This document shows positions 13,340-25,988 of a DNA stretch of 64,000 nucleotides, in pieces. Both the position numbers and the translations under genes were made by a program. Origin of the DNA: Felis catus (Eukaryota); the NCBI RefSeq assembly GCF_018350175.1, contig NC_058368.1, positions 66,280,001 through 66,344,000 of the forward strand, read 5' to 3'. The notes beneath the pieces were generated by a model. The model was given only the letters and a program-made list of their open reading frames with translations, did no database searches and had not been told where the DNA came from. Position 1 is the stretch's first letter; every line of letters starts with the position of its first letter.

Positions 13340-13780
13340 TGTGTCATTGAGGATGCTTTTAGTTGCAGGAGTAATTCCGGTGGAGTAAACAAAAAGAATG
13401 GCAAAGGGCGATATCAAGGTTGATTATTTCAGGGGCACCAGGATGTCATAAAAGACTTGGGCCCTTTCCATCTTTCGTCCTTTGTGTTCTCTCATGGTCA
13501 AAAAATGGCCACTGCTACCTCGAGCATCACATCCAGACATAACAAGGGCCAGAATGGAAACCTTTCCCAGAAACCCCCAGCAGACTTCCCCTCCTGTCTC
13601 ATTGGCCAGAAAGGGGCCACAAGACAATCCCTACACCAATAACCAGCAAAAGGAATAGATTTCCATGGTAGGCTCAGACTAATCAGAATTTATAGGCGCT
13701 GAGATGGATTTGGTTCCTGGGACAAATAGGCATCTGTTAAGATGAAAGCTGTGGAAAATGGCTGTTGGGTTGGCTAGTGC
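13340..13780 (-). mobile_element. Old MaLR LTR (MLT1J/K-like)
   Basis: ctcatggtcaaaaaatggccactgc...agcatcacatcc...cctttcccagaaacccccagcagacttcccctcctgtctcattggccagaa. Confidence 0.7.
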
Positions 13781-13887
13781 TCTCCAAGGTAATGTGCACA
13801 CTCAGGATCTGCATGTAGAAAATTCTGGGTTTAGCCACTTATATGCTGGCTCCATTTGCCTTCACACTTAAAAAACTCTTTCATTGT

Positions 13888-14365
13888 ATTTTTTTAATTA
13901 ATATTTCAATCATTTTAAGTGTCCAAAATGCAGTGCCATTAGGTACATTAATAATATTCTATAACCATCATCACTATCTATTTCTAGAGCTTTTTCATCA
14001 GCCCATATAGAGACTCTGTACCCATCAAGTAACCCCCACTCCCAACTCCTCCCAGCCCCTGGGAACCTCTAATCTATTTTCTGTGCATTTGCCTATTCTA
14101 AATGCCTCATGTGAGTGGACTTACTTAATATTTGTCTTTTCTGTCTGGTTTATTCAACACAGCATAATGTATTCAAGGTTTATTCACACGGTAGCAGGTA
14201 TCAGAATTTCATTCCTTTTTGAAGCTGAATAATATTCCACTGTGTGAATATACCACCTTCTGTTTATCCATTCATCTGTTGATGGACACTTGGGTTGTTT
14301 CACCTTTTGTGATTAATGCAGCTATAAACATGGGTGTACAAGTATCTGGTTGAGTACCTGTTTTC
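13888..14365 (-). mobile_element. Old L1 (L1MB-like) 3' fragment
   Basis: cccagcccctgggaacctctaatcta...gctgaataatattccactgtgtg...tatccattcatctgttgatggacacttgggttgttt. Confidence 0.85.
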
Positions 14366-14559
14366 TTGAAGCTCACTGAATCCCAGTGACAAAGTGGACA
14401 TTACTGACCTGTTACATCCGTTGTATGAAATTATATAGCATCTGTAAAGAACTGATAGGTAGTCTAGGAATAGCATCTACTGCTGCCATCTTTATTGTTG
14501 TTTTATTTGTTGTTAGAACACAGAAGCAGAATGCAAAGGAGGGATGGCTGGCTCAGCTT

Positions 14560-15720
14560 GAGGATTCAGAAATATTTGAGCTCTGCTTTGAAGATCAGTT
14601 AGGAAGAGGCATCATAGGACTCTCTGGAGGAAGTGCTATCAGTGCCTGTGTTTTACTAAACAGGTGGAATAAGATCAGATCTGAAAGATCTGAGTTTTTC
14701 TATCCTTCAGTCATCACGGCGGAGGTTGGGTTGAAGGGAAGAAAAGCTAAACAAAAAGAAACTAGTTGGAGGGTTATGATTATTATTCAGACACCACAGG
14801 ATGTAGACTGGAACTAAAACTGTGGCTGAACAGGGATCGTATTGGAAACCCAACACCTGAGTGATGAATTGGGTGTGAAAATAAGGAAAAAAAAGAAAGA
14901 ATAGTTAATACTGTGAACAGTAGAATATGGTGCCATTCTCTGAAAATGAGGATGCCATTTGAAGAACAGGTTTAGCAGGATGAACAGGTGATCATTTGAA
15001 CAGGTCACGTTTAAGGGATATGAGATCTGGGAGGAACCATTCACTGGTTAGTTATAAGTAAGGACTTGGAATTTACAAGAAGGTGAGGAGGTACAGAAAT
15101 AAGAAAATCATCAGGCAAGAGAGAAATGGAGTCATGGGTGTGGATGAAATTAATAAGAAGGTATATATACAGAGGCTTCGGGCTTATATGTTGTGGGAAC
15201 TAATACTTAGGAGGTGAGCACACTAACAACTAACAAACAAAGAAACGATAGGAATGAGACAACTAGCAAGCCTGGCAAGAAGAAATAGAGAAGGAGAGCC
15301 CCCAGGCATGAAGCATGCAAGAATTTGAAGGACAAATCAACATTGTCCAGGGTTGCAGAGAGGAGAAGGATCTGGCAATTAAGAGGTCATTGATATCTTT
15401 GTGACAGCTGTTTCTGACCAAAGCCAGATTAATGTGAATTGAGCAATTATTGAGAGGGGCTTTAGACATGGATTTTGGCTATTCTTCTTTAGGATCTTGC
15501 TTGATAGTTAATAGAACAGAATAAAGACAGATTTTCAAGTTGCTTTTAAATGGCAAATATTCAGACATGTTTAAATGCTGAAGGAGAGAATAAAGGAGCA
15601 GTGTCTCCTGAAGAGGAGGAAGAAGTGGGATCCATAATCAGTGGAGATAAAGAAGTCTTGAGAGGCATGTTCCTAGCCTCTGTTTTCTCTGAAAGAGAGT
15701 GAATTCATCAGCTGGGATGT
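14560..15720 (-). mobile_element. L2 fragment(s), highly decayed
   Basis: Purine-rich reverse-L2-like sequence (gatcagatctg...tggtgccattctctgaaaatgagg...gaggtcattgatatctttg). Confidence 0.55.
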
Positions 15721-15875
15721 TTCAGCACAGGGTTGGGCTTATGGTATTTGCTCAAAAGGTATTTATTTTGTATTTAATTATTGGTGGAAGTATATGGGTC
15801 TTGGACTAGCAAAGAATGTTAAGAGGCCTGAGGCAGGAGTGAATTTGGCCAACTCCCAGGCATCATTGACTAAGG

Positions 15876-16000
15876 CAGTGTTTCTCAATGATACCTGAGT
15901 TCCAACCTCAAGATCCTGACTTAACTGGTTCAGCCTGGGCATGGGAAGTTTTCAAAGTCCCCAGGTAATTCTCATGGTAGCCATGGTTGACAATCCCTAG
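15876..16000. mobile_element. MER5-like hAT fragment
   Basis: cagtgtttctcaa...ttttcaaagtccccaggtaattctcatgg...ggttgacaatccct. Confidence 0.6.
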
Positions 16001-17162
16001 TATGGAGACAAAGTTGAAAGATACTCAGAGCAAGGAAAGGCAACATTTTAACGAACCAGCAGAGGTACTCTTGGAAAGGAACTTTTGCCTATAATGATGT
16101 AAAGTAGGATTTAATAGCATTTTTTGTTTCCCTCCAAATATTAAATTGTGGGTATGCAAGATAGAGAAAGCAAAAGATAAATAATTATGAAGAGACTGAG
16201 AATAATAACAAAACATTTTCTAATCTACAAGCCATTGGCAATTAAAATTGCCCAGCTCCCATATGGCCATTGGAAGAACATACAAAAAGGAAACAGAAAT
16301 AACTTTCATTGACTACCAATTACGTGCCAACCATTGGATTTGGCTCTTTCATGAGTTGCCTCATTTAACTTTCTCAGTATCCTGAAAGGTAGTTATTGCT
16401 CATCACCAATTTACAGATTTCTAAACCAAGACTCAGAAAGTAGCCTCATATGTGAATGAGAGAGCGGCAGGGTCCTAGTGTTTTAGGAGACTTGGGAAAG
16501 AGTTGGGAAGCCCAGGATTAGAGTTGCCCTCTTCTCTCCCCTTCAGTCGATAAAAGCCTGAGGAAGTAATCAGAGGATGGAAATACAGCTTCCATTTGCA
16601 GATGTAAATATTTTAAATACCATATATTTATTTGACACCTGCTACACAATTCACCCTCTGTTGACTTTGACACATCATTATTCTAAAATGACCTTTGCCC
16701 TTTAGCATAACACTAATCCATTAAAAGGAAAGAAAATAGAAATGGAAACTAAAAAGAGTTCTGTGAAGATCACAGAGAAGGTTTTTTATACCCCTGTGCC
16801 TCTGCTTTCGATCAATTTTTCTCTTCTATCCAATAACGTGGTTAGCCAAGCCAGACAAAAAACAGAGAAATGGCTCTTCCCTCTCGTTTTTGCTACAATG
16901 TCAAAATAATAAATAGGTTAATCAGATCAGTCCCATTGACTTAGGACATCTTAGACACATACTGCCTTTGGGGAGTGCAGAGGCACCATTCCAGGGTTTC
17001 TATTGAAGAATCCTTACTTTTTCGTTTTTCCTTTATTTGTGTGGACACTGTAGTTTAAGAAGTGTTGAACCTTGTGTCAGAAGACGCTGCAAGACAGCTC
17101 TGAAATCTACAGGCTGGTAGCAAGCTTTTAAAAATGCATTAGGCAGTCTGGAGTAAGCTTTT

Positions 17163-17371
17163 TTTTTTTAATTTTTTTTCTTTCATATTTATTTATTATT
17201 GAGAGACAGATAGACACAGAGCATGAGCAGGGGAGGGGTAGAGAGAGGGGGAGACACAGAATCTGAAGTAGGCTCCAGGCTCTGAGCTGTCAGCACAGAG
17301 CCCGACGTGGGGCTCGAACTCACAAACTGCCGAAGTCGGTCACTGAATCAACTGAGCCACCCAGGCGCCCC
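17163..17371 (-). mobile_element. Can-SINE (felid SINEC) with a short internal deletion
   Basis: Reverse SINEC. Perfect TSD TGGAGTAAGCTTTT at 17149-17162 and 17372-17385. Lacks the gagatcatgacctga segment seen in sister copies. Confidence 0.95.
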
Positions 17372-18019
17372 TGGAGTAAGCTTTTATATTAATAGGAGAC
17401 ACAGGTAGAAGATGAAGAGCCATGGCCACTGATTTTGACACCACCCGAGAACTGTGCCATTGGTGGAGAGTGTATGTGTAACTGTCACTGGAAATTGAGA
17501 CCGTGGCTGCCACCACTACTGTTTCCTATGGCAACGTGCCAGTGTCCCCAGGACCAACATTAATAGTCACTGACGTCTGGTGGGCAGAAGACTGGGCAGA
17601 GGCCTAGAGATAAGTCAATGATCTTCTCCATACCTTGGTTCCAGCATCTGCAAAAAAGGGATATAGATTCCTCTCTCTGTGCTCCCCATCACTTGTGACA
17701 AAGGACCGAACATGTCAGACAAAACCAAGGCTTTTATTGCATTTTGTAGATGGCAGATTTATTTGATAGTGGGTTAAAAGGGAAGCAGGTGGAAGGAGTG
17801 AGATTTCCACTACTAACATATTTGTATATTGAATCTCTTCCATCTGGCATAGCCCTGTGCCGAGGAATAAATGAATGAAGAGACGCCAGATTCATCAGTT
17901 CATTCCTTACCACTAACCAGGGTCCTGGAGTTGGAAGTAACTCTTTCTTTACCTTTTCTACTGAAACTTAGTCTGTGCATTCACCTTACACAAGCATCCG
18001 GAATCCTCATATCCTTTCT

Positions 18020-18230
18020 TTCAGCAGATATTTATAGTTGAGAATATGCATCCCTACGCATCAGGTGTTGTTCTGGGCACTAAGGAATGAAGGATAAATA
18101 ATTCTTAGTACCCAGTCTCAAAGAGCTCAAAGTCTAGCAGGAGACATAGGTTGAAAACCAGATCATCATGCCATCATGTGCAAAACAGGGAAAGGGATAA
18201 TCAAGGCGCTGTGAGAGCTCAAAGGGGGCA
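18020..18230 (-). mobile_element. L2 3' end fragment
   Basis: ttcagcagatatttat...caggtgttgttctgggcactaagga...ctcaaagagctcaaagtctag. Confidence 0.55.
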
Positions 18231-18340
18231 ATTCTTAGAGAAAAGGACTCCGATATTTGTGGTAAAATTTAAAGATACTTGTTTGAAATTAATGGAGTTC
18301 TTGGGTGCAAATGTGACATGGGTGCAAAAGGAGGACACAG

Positions 18341-18503
18341 GGGGCACCAGGGGCCTCAGTTGGTTAAGCGTCCGACTTCGGCTCAGGTCTTGATCTCACA
18401 GTTTGTGAGTTCAAGCCCCACGTCGAGCTCTGTGCTGACAGCTCGGAGCCTGGAGCCTGCTTCAGATTCTGTGTCTCCCTCTCTCTCCCCCTTCCCTGCT
18501 TTT

Positions 18504-18540
<37 letters not shown>

Positions 18541-18577
18541 AACTATTAAATAAATTTAAAAAAAAAAAAAAGAAAAG
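18341..18577 (+). mobile_element. Can-SINE
   Basis: SINEC body, (CT)n, poly(A). Degenerate TSD aaaaggaggacacag / aaaaggagggcccag. Confidence 0.93.
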
Positions 18578-21500
18578 AAAAGGAGGGCCCAGTAGTTGGG
18601 TACATAGTGCATTATAAGCAAAAGGGAGGACAGTAAAAAAAAAAAAGAGAGAGAGAGAAGGAAGAAACAGAAAGCACAAGTGTGAGGGGTGAGGGCAATG
18701 AGTAAAAGAGAAGGAAAAGCAGAAAACCAGAGTGGTAAGTGACTGAACAGAATAGCGCTGGGGTTAAACGACAGGAAAAAGGCTGCCAGAGCAACCAGAG
18801 GCTGCTAAATGCATGCCAAGGATGCTTTTGTCAAGTAGATTTGCATAAGCCTATGCCATCAACATAAATGATTTATATTATCAATTTGTTCTTTTTGACA
18901 TTATTCCCAAGAATGCTGAAGAACATACTGGCTGGGCTGGAAGGCAAGTTCGGGGGCAGTAATCACTCCTTTTGTAACATAAATTTGCTCCGGAGCCCTA
19001 CTCTCTCTCCTAGCCGGGATATGGGTATCCAGCTGCTCATTGGACATTTCCACTGAGCCTCTGACCTGTCATCTTTTCCCTTTGAAACTCGACCCCGCAT
19101 TCTCCTGTGGTCTCCCTTTCTCATCATGCTTTTCACCATCTCTTTGTCTCTGCCTTCTTCTTGCTGTTCCCTCTTATCTGATATTCCATCTTCTGTTCCA
19201 CCCACACCTCCCACTCTTTCTTCTCTACTTTGCTAACTCCCAGTAGCAAAGTATCAGGCTTCAAAAACACAGCTCCAGAAAGCTATCTCTGCTCCTCCCA
19301 CCCCACCACCCCCACAGGCTGATCTAAATGCTTTCTCTTTGAGGTTCCATTGCACTGGGTACTTTCCTGCTTAGACTCCATCACACCTAATAATAATTGC
19401 CAGTATGCTTGTTTGTTTTTCTGTGAGTCTCGTAGCTAGTAGGGACCTCATACATCACAGGTACTCAGTACTTGTTGGCTAATTAAATGAACGAGTAAAG
19501 AAAACAATGTGTCAACAGTCAACAAAGTCAAGAGTTGAGAGTCTTTAGTTCTGTCTGGTGGTCCAGGGTTCTTTAATGGTTTAGCCATTCAGGAGTTATG
19601 CTGCCATAAAGGATTGTTTCTGAACCCCCCTCCATTTTTAATTCCAATAGTGCTATTGTAAGCATTCTACTTTCTAATTATTTATTTCAATTCTCTAGCT
19701 TTTCTGTACTATGTTGATAATGTTTAGTTAACCTTTAAAAATAAATCTGACTGTAAATGTACGGTCTAATGCAAGTTTTGAAGAACGAATACACATTTTT
19801 CTGGGTCAATTTTTAAAAATATATTTAAGACTTCTACATAGTAAATGTATGTAGGGGAAAAGGGATAGATGTATACGATACAGATGTATACAATAGACGT
19901 GTCTTTCTGCCGGAAGGGGTTTATTCATTAAAATATCCAGTGGCATTCTCAGAATAGTCTCTATCTGGATAGCTGTTAGTCTTAAGAGTTCTGACCCAAT
20001 TCCAAAGAAGTAATTTTACTTTTCCTGCTTAAATTCCCCTACCATTACCGCTCGACACCGAATTCTTCTTCATTTCCCATCCCGTCTGAAGTGTTACTCC
20101 ATCCTGAAAAACAGCTCCGTGTACCACTCTAAAGGTGACTGCTTGGCTATGATGAGTGAGGCAATTTTGCTATGTTAAGTGCTTTGGGAAAAAAGCACTT
20201 CTAGTGCTCCCATAGAAATGCAGCTAATATTACTCAATGAACCTCCTTTCAGCCGTTGTGCTGTGTGGCATTTTCAAAATGAAGAGGCCTTCCCCCATTG
20301 CAGTGTATTTATGTGATGTATTCAAAATGGGCCCATTTCCTGACGGCATCTGGGAGTATGTGTAGAAGAAATATGAAAGAAACAAAAATTAAATACAGAT
20401 GAAGTTAAACAGCTAACAGTAGAGAGGCCAGTGGCATCGCGACTTCAAACCTAGATCTAAAATTCTGAACGATCAGGAAGAATGGGAAATAATCACACCA
20501 GGTATCTTTCAGTACATCTTCTGCCTAGCTAAATTCTAAATGATAGTTCTGGGAGGTTCTTAGGGGAGGCAAATGTGTCCTAACTACAGAATTCAGAGCT
20601 TCATAGCCATGGGAGTAAAATAGTTTGTGCAAGCTTATTGAATATGATTACAGGCAGCATTTAAAAGATAGCCACGTTTTTAAAAAGTATAGCAAGTAAT
20701 ACACTGAATATGCATACATGTATATATCACCCATTTGTCACTAGAATACACCACCTTGCTTTTTCTTTAAAATCAGTCCCATTCATTGTCTTTTAGTAGC
20801 CTCAGATTACTGTTCCCTTTCTTACAAAGATCTCTGAGCCTGTTTTCAAGATACGTGTTTGCTTTAAAAAACAGTAGTATTATTGATTTACAAATACCCA
20901 AAGGTGTCTTACAGTTAATTCAGGTGTGTTAGCAGAAATAACTTGGCACATGTTTGTCTACCTAGGTAAGGATACAAATGGGAAGGCACCGGGCACCAGT
21001 TTTTGGAGTTGACTCTATCACCAAATAGCAGATACTCATCCTGATTTTTTTTTCTACTTCTATTGTAAGCAAGCCTACGTTTTCTATGTCTTTTGCTCTT
21101 AAAACCTTACATACATACTTAAAGAAAATAGAGGGAATTCTCTAGAAAAACATCAAGGTCTTTGACACTGGATGTTTTATTTGACCAAGATAACAACGAC
21201 TTCCTCCCTGAAGAGCATCTCTCAAATTTTGCAGTTTATTGTAATGCTTTGATTAATTCTGCAAGCAGTTCTAGGACTTTCACATTGCCTTTTGAATATG
21301 GATATTTTTTAAATCTTGTTAAGTGTTTAGAAGCACAGAGAGTAACGGTTACAAGCTTAGAGGTTGGAGTCTCATGGATCTGGGTTGGCATCCGGCTCCA
21401 TTCTCAATATGGAAACTCTGGCTTCACGAAGTTGATTCGTTTAACCCCACATCTACCTCTGAGAACCAGGGGATTAAATCCTGCTGCTGGCAGGATGTAG

Positions 21501-22597
21501 GAAGTGATTTGACTGGTGGCTCTTCAACAACTAAGCTATTTGTTTGCCTTCGAATCTAAGTGAATGGCTACCTGCTGATCCCCTTGCCTCCATACCTAAG
21601 TCTTTCATGATCATCTACTCCAGACGTCCATGATCATCGAACACGATAATGCACACAGCTCGATAATACTGCCCCCACATTTCAAAGTCCTGCTTCCCTT
21701 GCATTGCAGTTTCAAGTTGGATTTGGGGCCACTGACCCATTTTCCTCTGACTGGCTTTTCAGAAATCACTGGTGGATTCCAATTGGCTGTTTTTAAAGCC
21801 TACCTTTTTATACACAGTTTTCTTTCCTTTAACGTTATCTGGAGAGGAAATGGTCTTAGGGATGGAGCCAAAAGTAAAAGCCAAGTGTTTCTGTGACAGG
21901 ACACACACCTATCCATTCCTTCTACATCCTCCCAACGTGGGCGGCTTGTGTTTGTTTCCATGGGTGGCATCTTATCTGCATCCCTATAGCTTTTCTTCAT
22001 CTGTGCCGCACACGTCCTTCACTTGGATGCTTAGTGAATGCCTCTGGCTGCTGTTGCCCCTGCTTGGGTCAGAACCTGCTTGGGTCAGAATCCTAGGCCA
22101 GTGGCCCCACCCACTTTGTCTTTGGTTTATCGGCCAACACCCATGCACTCATCCTCGCTGATCCCAGATGCTCTAGCATGCTCCCTCCGAGATGGTCTAG
22201 AGCTATAGATCCACGTGGCTTTGGAGCTGGAATGCCCATGAGATATCTCCAAACTGAAACACTAAACTTTACAGAGGTGAAGTAATAACTTCAGTGTCAC
22301 GTGCGTAGGTTGTGGTGAAGGTACTAGAACCCGTGTCTCCTTTTAATGTATTGAAACAAACAGTTCTTTTAATTCTAAATTTTTTAATTTAAAAATGCAG
22401 TATCAATCTTAAATGGCTGCCTTTTAAATGCAGGAGGTCTATGAAATGGTGGAATCAGAACTATTTCTCTTGCCTACATTTAGCTCTCTGTATTAAGGGT
22501 ATTTCTCCATATTAAAGTCTGAACTTTTTGTATTTATCAAAAGTTTGTTATACTTATTTTTAAATTAATAAAAAACTGTCAATTTAAAGAAATCTAT

Positions 22598-22807
22598 CTT
22601 TCTTTAATGTTTATTTATTTTTGAGAGAGAGAGAGCATGAGTGGGGGAAGGGCAGAGAGGAGGGGCGGGGACAGAGGATGTAAAACCGGCTCTGAGCTGA
22701 CAGTAGAGAGCCCAATGTGGGGCTCAGACTGACGACGAACCATGAGATCGTGACCTGAGCCGAAATCAAAGTCCAGTGCTTAACAGAATGAGCCACACCA
22801 GCACCCC
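22598..22807 (-). mobile_element. Can-SINE
   Basis: Reverse SINEC with TSD agaaatctat on both sides. Confidence 0.93.
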
Positions 22808-23339
22808 AGAAATCTATATTAAGGTGATAATCAGAAATAGGTACAGATCAAAGATAGGAGCTCTATTTCATAGCAGTGCAAAATCTGGTAAGAACTTATA
22901 AAGCCAACTATGGTAGAAAGGTGACAGAAGTTTAGAATGCATTGAAGACATAAAATATCGTGCAGTCACTAAAAGGGATATGTTCTTGGATATAGTGGGG
23001 ATATCTCACTCTGTGCTATTGAACTGAAAGTAAAGGGGGAAAACTGCATTTAGCCTGACCCCAATACTATTCATATTAGAATTCACACCAGGAAGTACCA
23101 CAAAATATTACCCATAGTGATCTCTGTCTTGGTATATCAGAGGATTTTTATTCTCTTCTTTTTTCCAAATTTTATATAACAAACATACATAAATAGACAC
23201 TCGGTGGAGATGTCCAATGTGCAGTTGAAGATCCACTCCCTGGCTAGGAGAGACTTAAGATAAAAAAGGAGTGAATATTGCCTAAAAACTTCCCTTCCAA
23301 TTCAGCTAATATGTTCTTCAGCATAAAAAGAAATCTTGT

Positions 23340-23550
23340 GGGGGCACCTGGGTGGCCCAGTTGGTTAAGCAACGGACTTCGGCTCAGGTCATGATCTTGT
23401 GGTTCATGAGTTCGAGCCCCACGTCAGGCTCTGTGCTGATGGCTCAGAGCCTGGAGCCTGCTTTGGATTCCGTGTTTCTCTCTCTCTGCCACTGCTCATG
23501 CTCTGTCTCTCTCGCTCTCAAAAAAATAAATAAATAAACATTAAAATAAA
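23340..23550 (+). mobile_element. Can-SINE
   Basis: TSD aaaaagaaatcttgt (23325-23339) / aaaaagaaatctcgt (23551-23565). Confidence 0.95.
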
Positions 23551-23984
23551 AAAAAGAAATCTCGTAAGAAAGTAGTTATATCTTTTTGAAAGCCAAATAA
23601 ATGAAGTGACCTTTAATTTTATGGCTGATGTTAAATACTCCTTCCCCATACACGTATTCTAAGAAGAGAAAAACCACTGCATTCTTATATTCAGCAAGGT
23701 TATATTTCAGTGATACGTTCTAGAAGAGCCTAAACCCCCAACACTAATAATGGAAGGCCCATAAAGAGGAAGTGTGTACCCGGAGCCTGAACATGAGAGC
23801 AGCTATCCAAAGCTCCCAAGAGCACTTGTTTGTGTGACATAGCCTTGTGGAGAAGCAGGACCAGAGAAGTGTGGGCAGTGATTCGCCTGCCTCAGCCTCG
23901 TTAACTGCACAGATACACGCTCAGGCCCACCTACCTGGGACTCGAGGAGGTCTCCTTAGCTAGAGTGACAAGGTCAAGCAGTTC

Positions 23985-24170
23985 CTTGGTGTTAGTTCTG
24001 GCCTACTCAGACCAGCACCTACCCTAACCACCCCACAAGCCATGAGACTTTGGGCAAGCTATTTCACCTCTAGGGTCTAGCCTCCACAGTCATTAAAGGA
24101 GATGATAGTACTCCCTACAGCGTGGTATTGCTGTGAAAGTAAAATGAATCTCTGTGCCCTAAAGCTGTTA
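23985..24170 (+). mobile_element. MIR fragment
   Basis: gactttgggcaagctatttcacctct...gatgatagtactccctacagcgtggtattgctgtgaaagtaaaatga. Confidence 0.6.
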
Positions 24171-24265
24171 TACCAGTACCAGGCCCAGGCTCCATGAAAA
24201 TGCTGCCTAAGTACCCAGTCCTTCTCTGTCGTGGGATCATGGCCTTCTCTCTGTCTTTCTCTGTC

Positions 24266-24313
<48 letters not shown>

Positions 24314-24417
24314 CTCACCCTTTCCTCCCTCCCTCCCCCCCAGGTTAGAAAATGATCTGTATCTTCACCATGGCGCATATTTTGAAGATAACTTGATAAC
24401 TTGATATAGTAGAGACC

Positions 24418-24640
24418 GGGGTGCCTGGGTGGCTCAGTTGGTTAAGCTCCCGACTTCAGCTCAGGTCATGATCTCACACTCCGTGAGCTCGAGCCCCGCG
24501 TTGGGCTCTGTGCTGACTGCTCAGAGCCCGGAGCCTGCTTCGGATTCTGTGTCCCCCCTCTCTCTGCCCCTCCCCTGCTCATGCTCTGTCTCTCTCTGTC
24601 TCAAAAATAAATAAAAACATTTAAAAAAAAATTTTTTAAA
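24418..24640 (+). mobile_element. Can-SINE
   Basis: Full SINEC body and tail; partial TSD gtagagac. Confidence 0.94.
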
Positions 24641-25211
24641 GATGTAGAGACAGAAGAAATAATAGAAGTCATCTTGCCATTTCACAGGGTGAATCAGATG
24701 CGAGAAGAGATGAAGTTATCACCTGCCAAAATGGTGGGGGGTTTTCTTCTCTTAAACAATCCAGCATTTACTTTGGGTCTGATGACCCATGATACAGGGC
24801 AGACTGCCCTGTATTTTCATCTTCCTTTTGTTTCGCATGGCAACAAAATAATAAAAAATCTATACTTTTTAATAACACCAGTACACACATGAGAAGGAGA
24901 GAAGGGTTCCATTGCTTGCTGAATCGCTCACTAATCACTCGGTTCAGACCCAGCAGGGAATTCTGACAACACACCTGACTTTTCATTTATTTATTTTTTA
25001 TTGGTTCTGGGAGAGGTTCGTGATTCATTCCATGTAGGTTGCAAGCCCTTGTGCTACAGGAACAAATGGTCTCTGGGGTTATTTGCTTTATTAACTTTTA
25101 GGGCAAAGGAGGGAGAAATAGGAGGATTGCTTTAACTGCAATATACTGGCAAAAGGTTTAGGCTTTTTTGGTTTATTGACACCCGAAATGCTTTAACTGG
25201 TTCTGTTTCTT

Positions 25212-25988
25212 TTTTCTTTTTTTCTTTTCCAATATATGAAATTTATTGTCAAATTGGTTTCCATACAACACCCAGTGCTCATCCCAAAAGGTGCCCTCCT
25301 CAATACCCATCACTCACCCCCCCTCCCTCCCACCCCCCATCAGCCCTCAGTTTGTTCTCAGTTTTTAAGAGTCTCTTATGCTTTGGCTCTCTCCCACTCT
25401 AACCTCTTTTTTTTTTTTTTTCCTTCCCCTCCCCCATGGGTTTCTGTTAACTTTCTCAGGATCCACATAAGAGTGAAAATATATGGTATCTGTCTTTCTC
25501 TTTATGGCTTATTTCACTTAGCATCACACTCTCCAGTTCCATCCACGTTGCTACAAAGGGCCGTATTTCATTCTTTCTCATTGCCACATAGTACTCCATT
25601 GTGTATATAAACCACAATTTCTTTATCCGTTCATCAGTTGATGGACATTTAGGCTTTTTCCATAATTTGGCTATTGTTGAGAGTGCTGCTATAAACATTG
25701 GGGTACAAGTGCCCCTATGCATCAGTACTCCTGTATCCCTTGGGTAAATTCCTAGCAGTGTTACTGCTGGGTCATAGGGTAGATCTATTTTTAATTTTTT
25801 GAGGAACCTCCACACTGTTTCCAGAGCAGCTGCACCAGTTTGCATTCCCACCAACAGTGCAAGAGGGTTCCCGTTTCTCCACATGCTCTCCAGCATCTAT
25901 AGTCTCCTGATTTGTTCATTTTGGCCACTCTGACTGACGTGAGGTGATATCTGAGTGTGGTTTTGATTTGTATTTCCCTGATGAGGAG
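25212..25988 (-). mobile_element. Young 5'-truncated felid-type L1 (ORF2 C-terminus, 3' UTR, poly(A))
   Basis: ORF 25456-25896 gives [25 protein letters not shown]...TWMELESVMLSEIS. Perfect 18-bp TSD TAACTGGTTCTGTTTCTT at 25194-25211 and 25989-26006. Confidence 0.96.
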
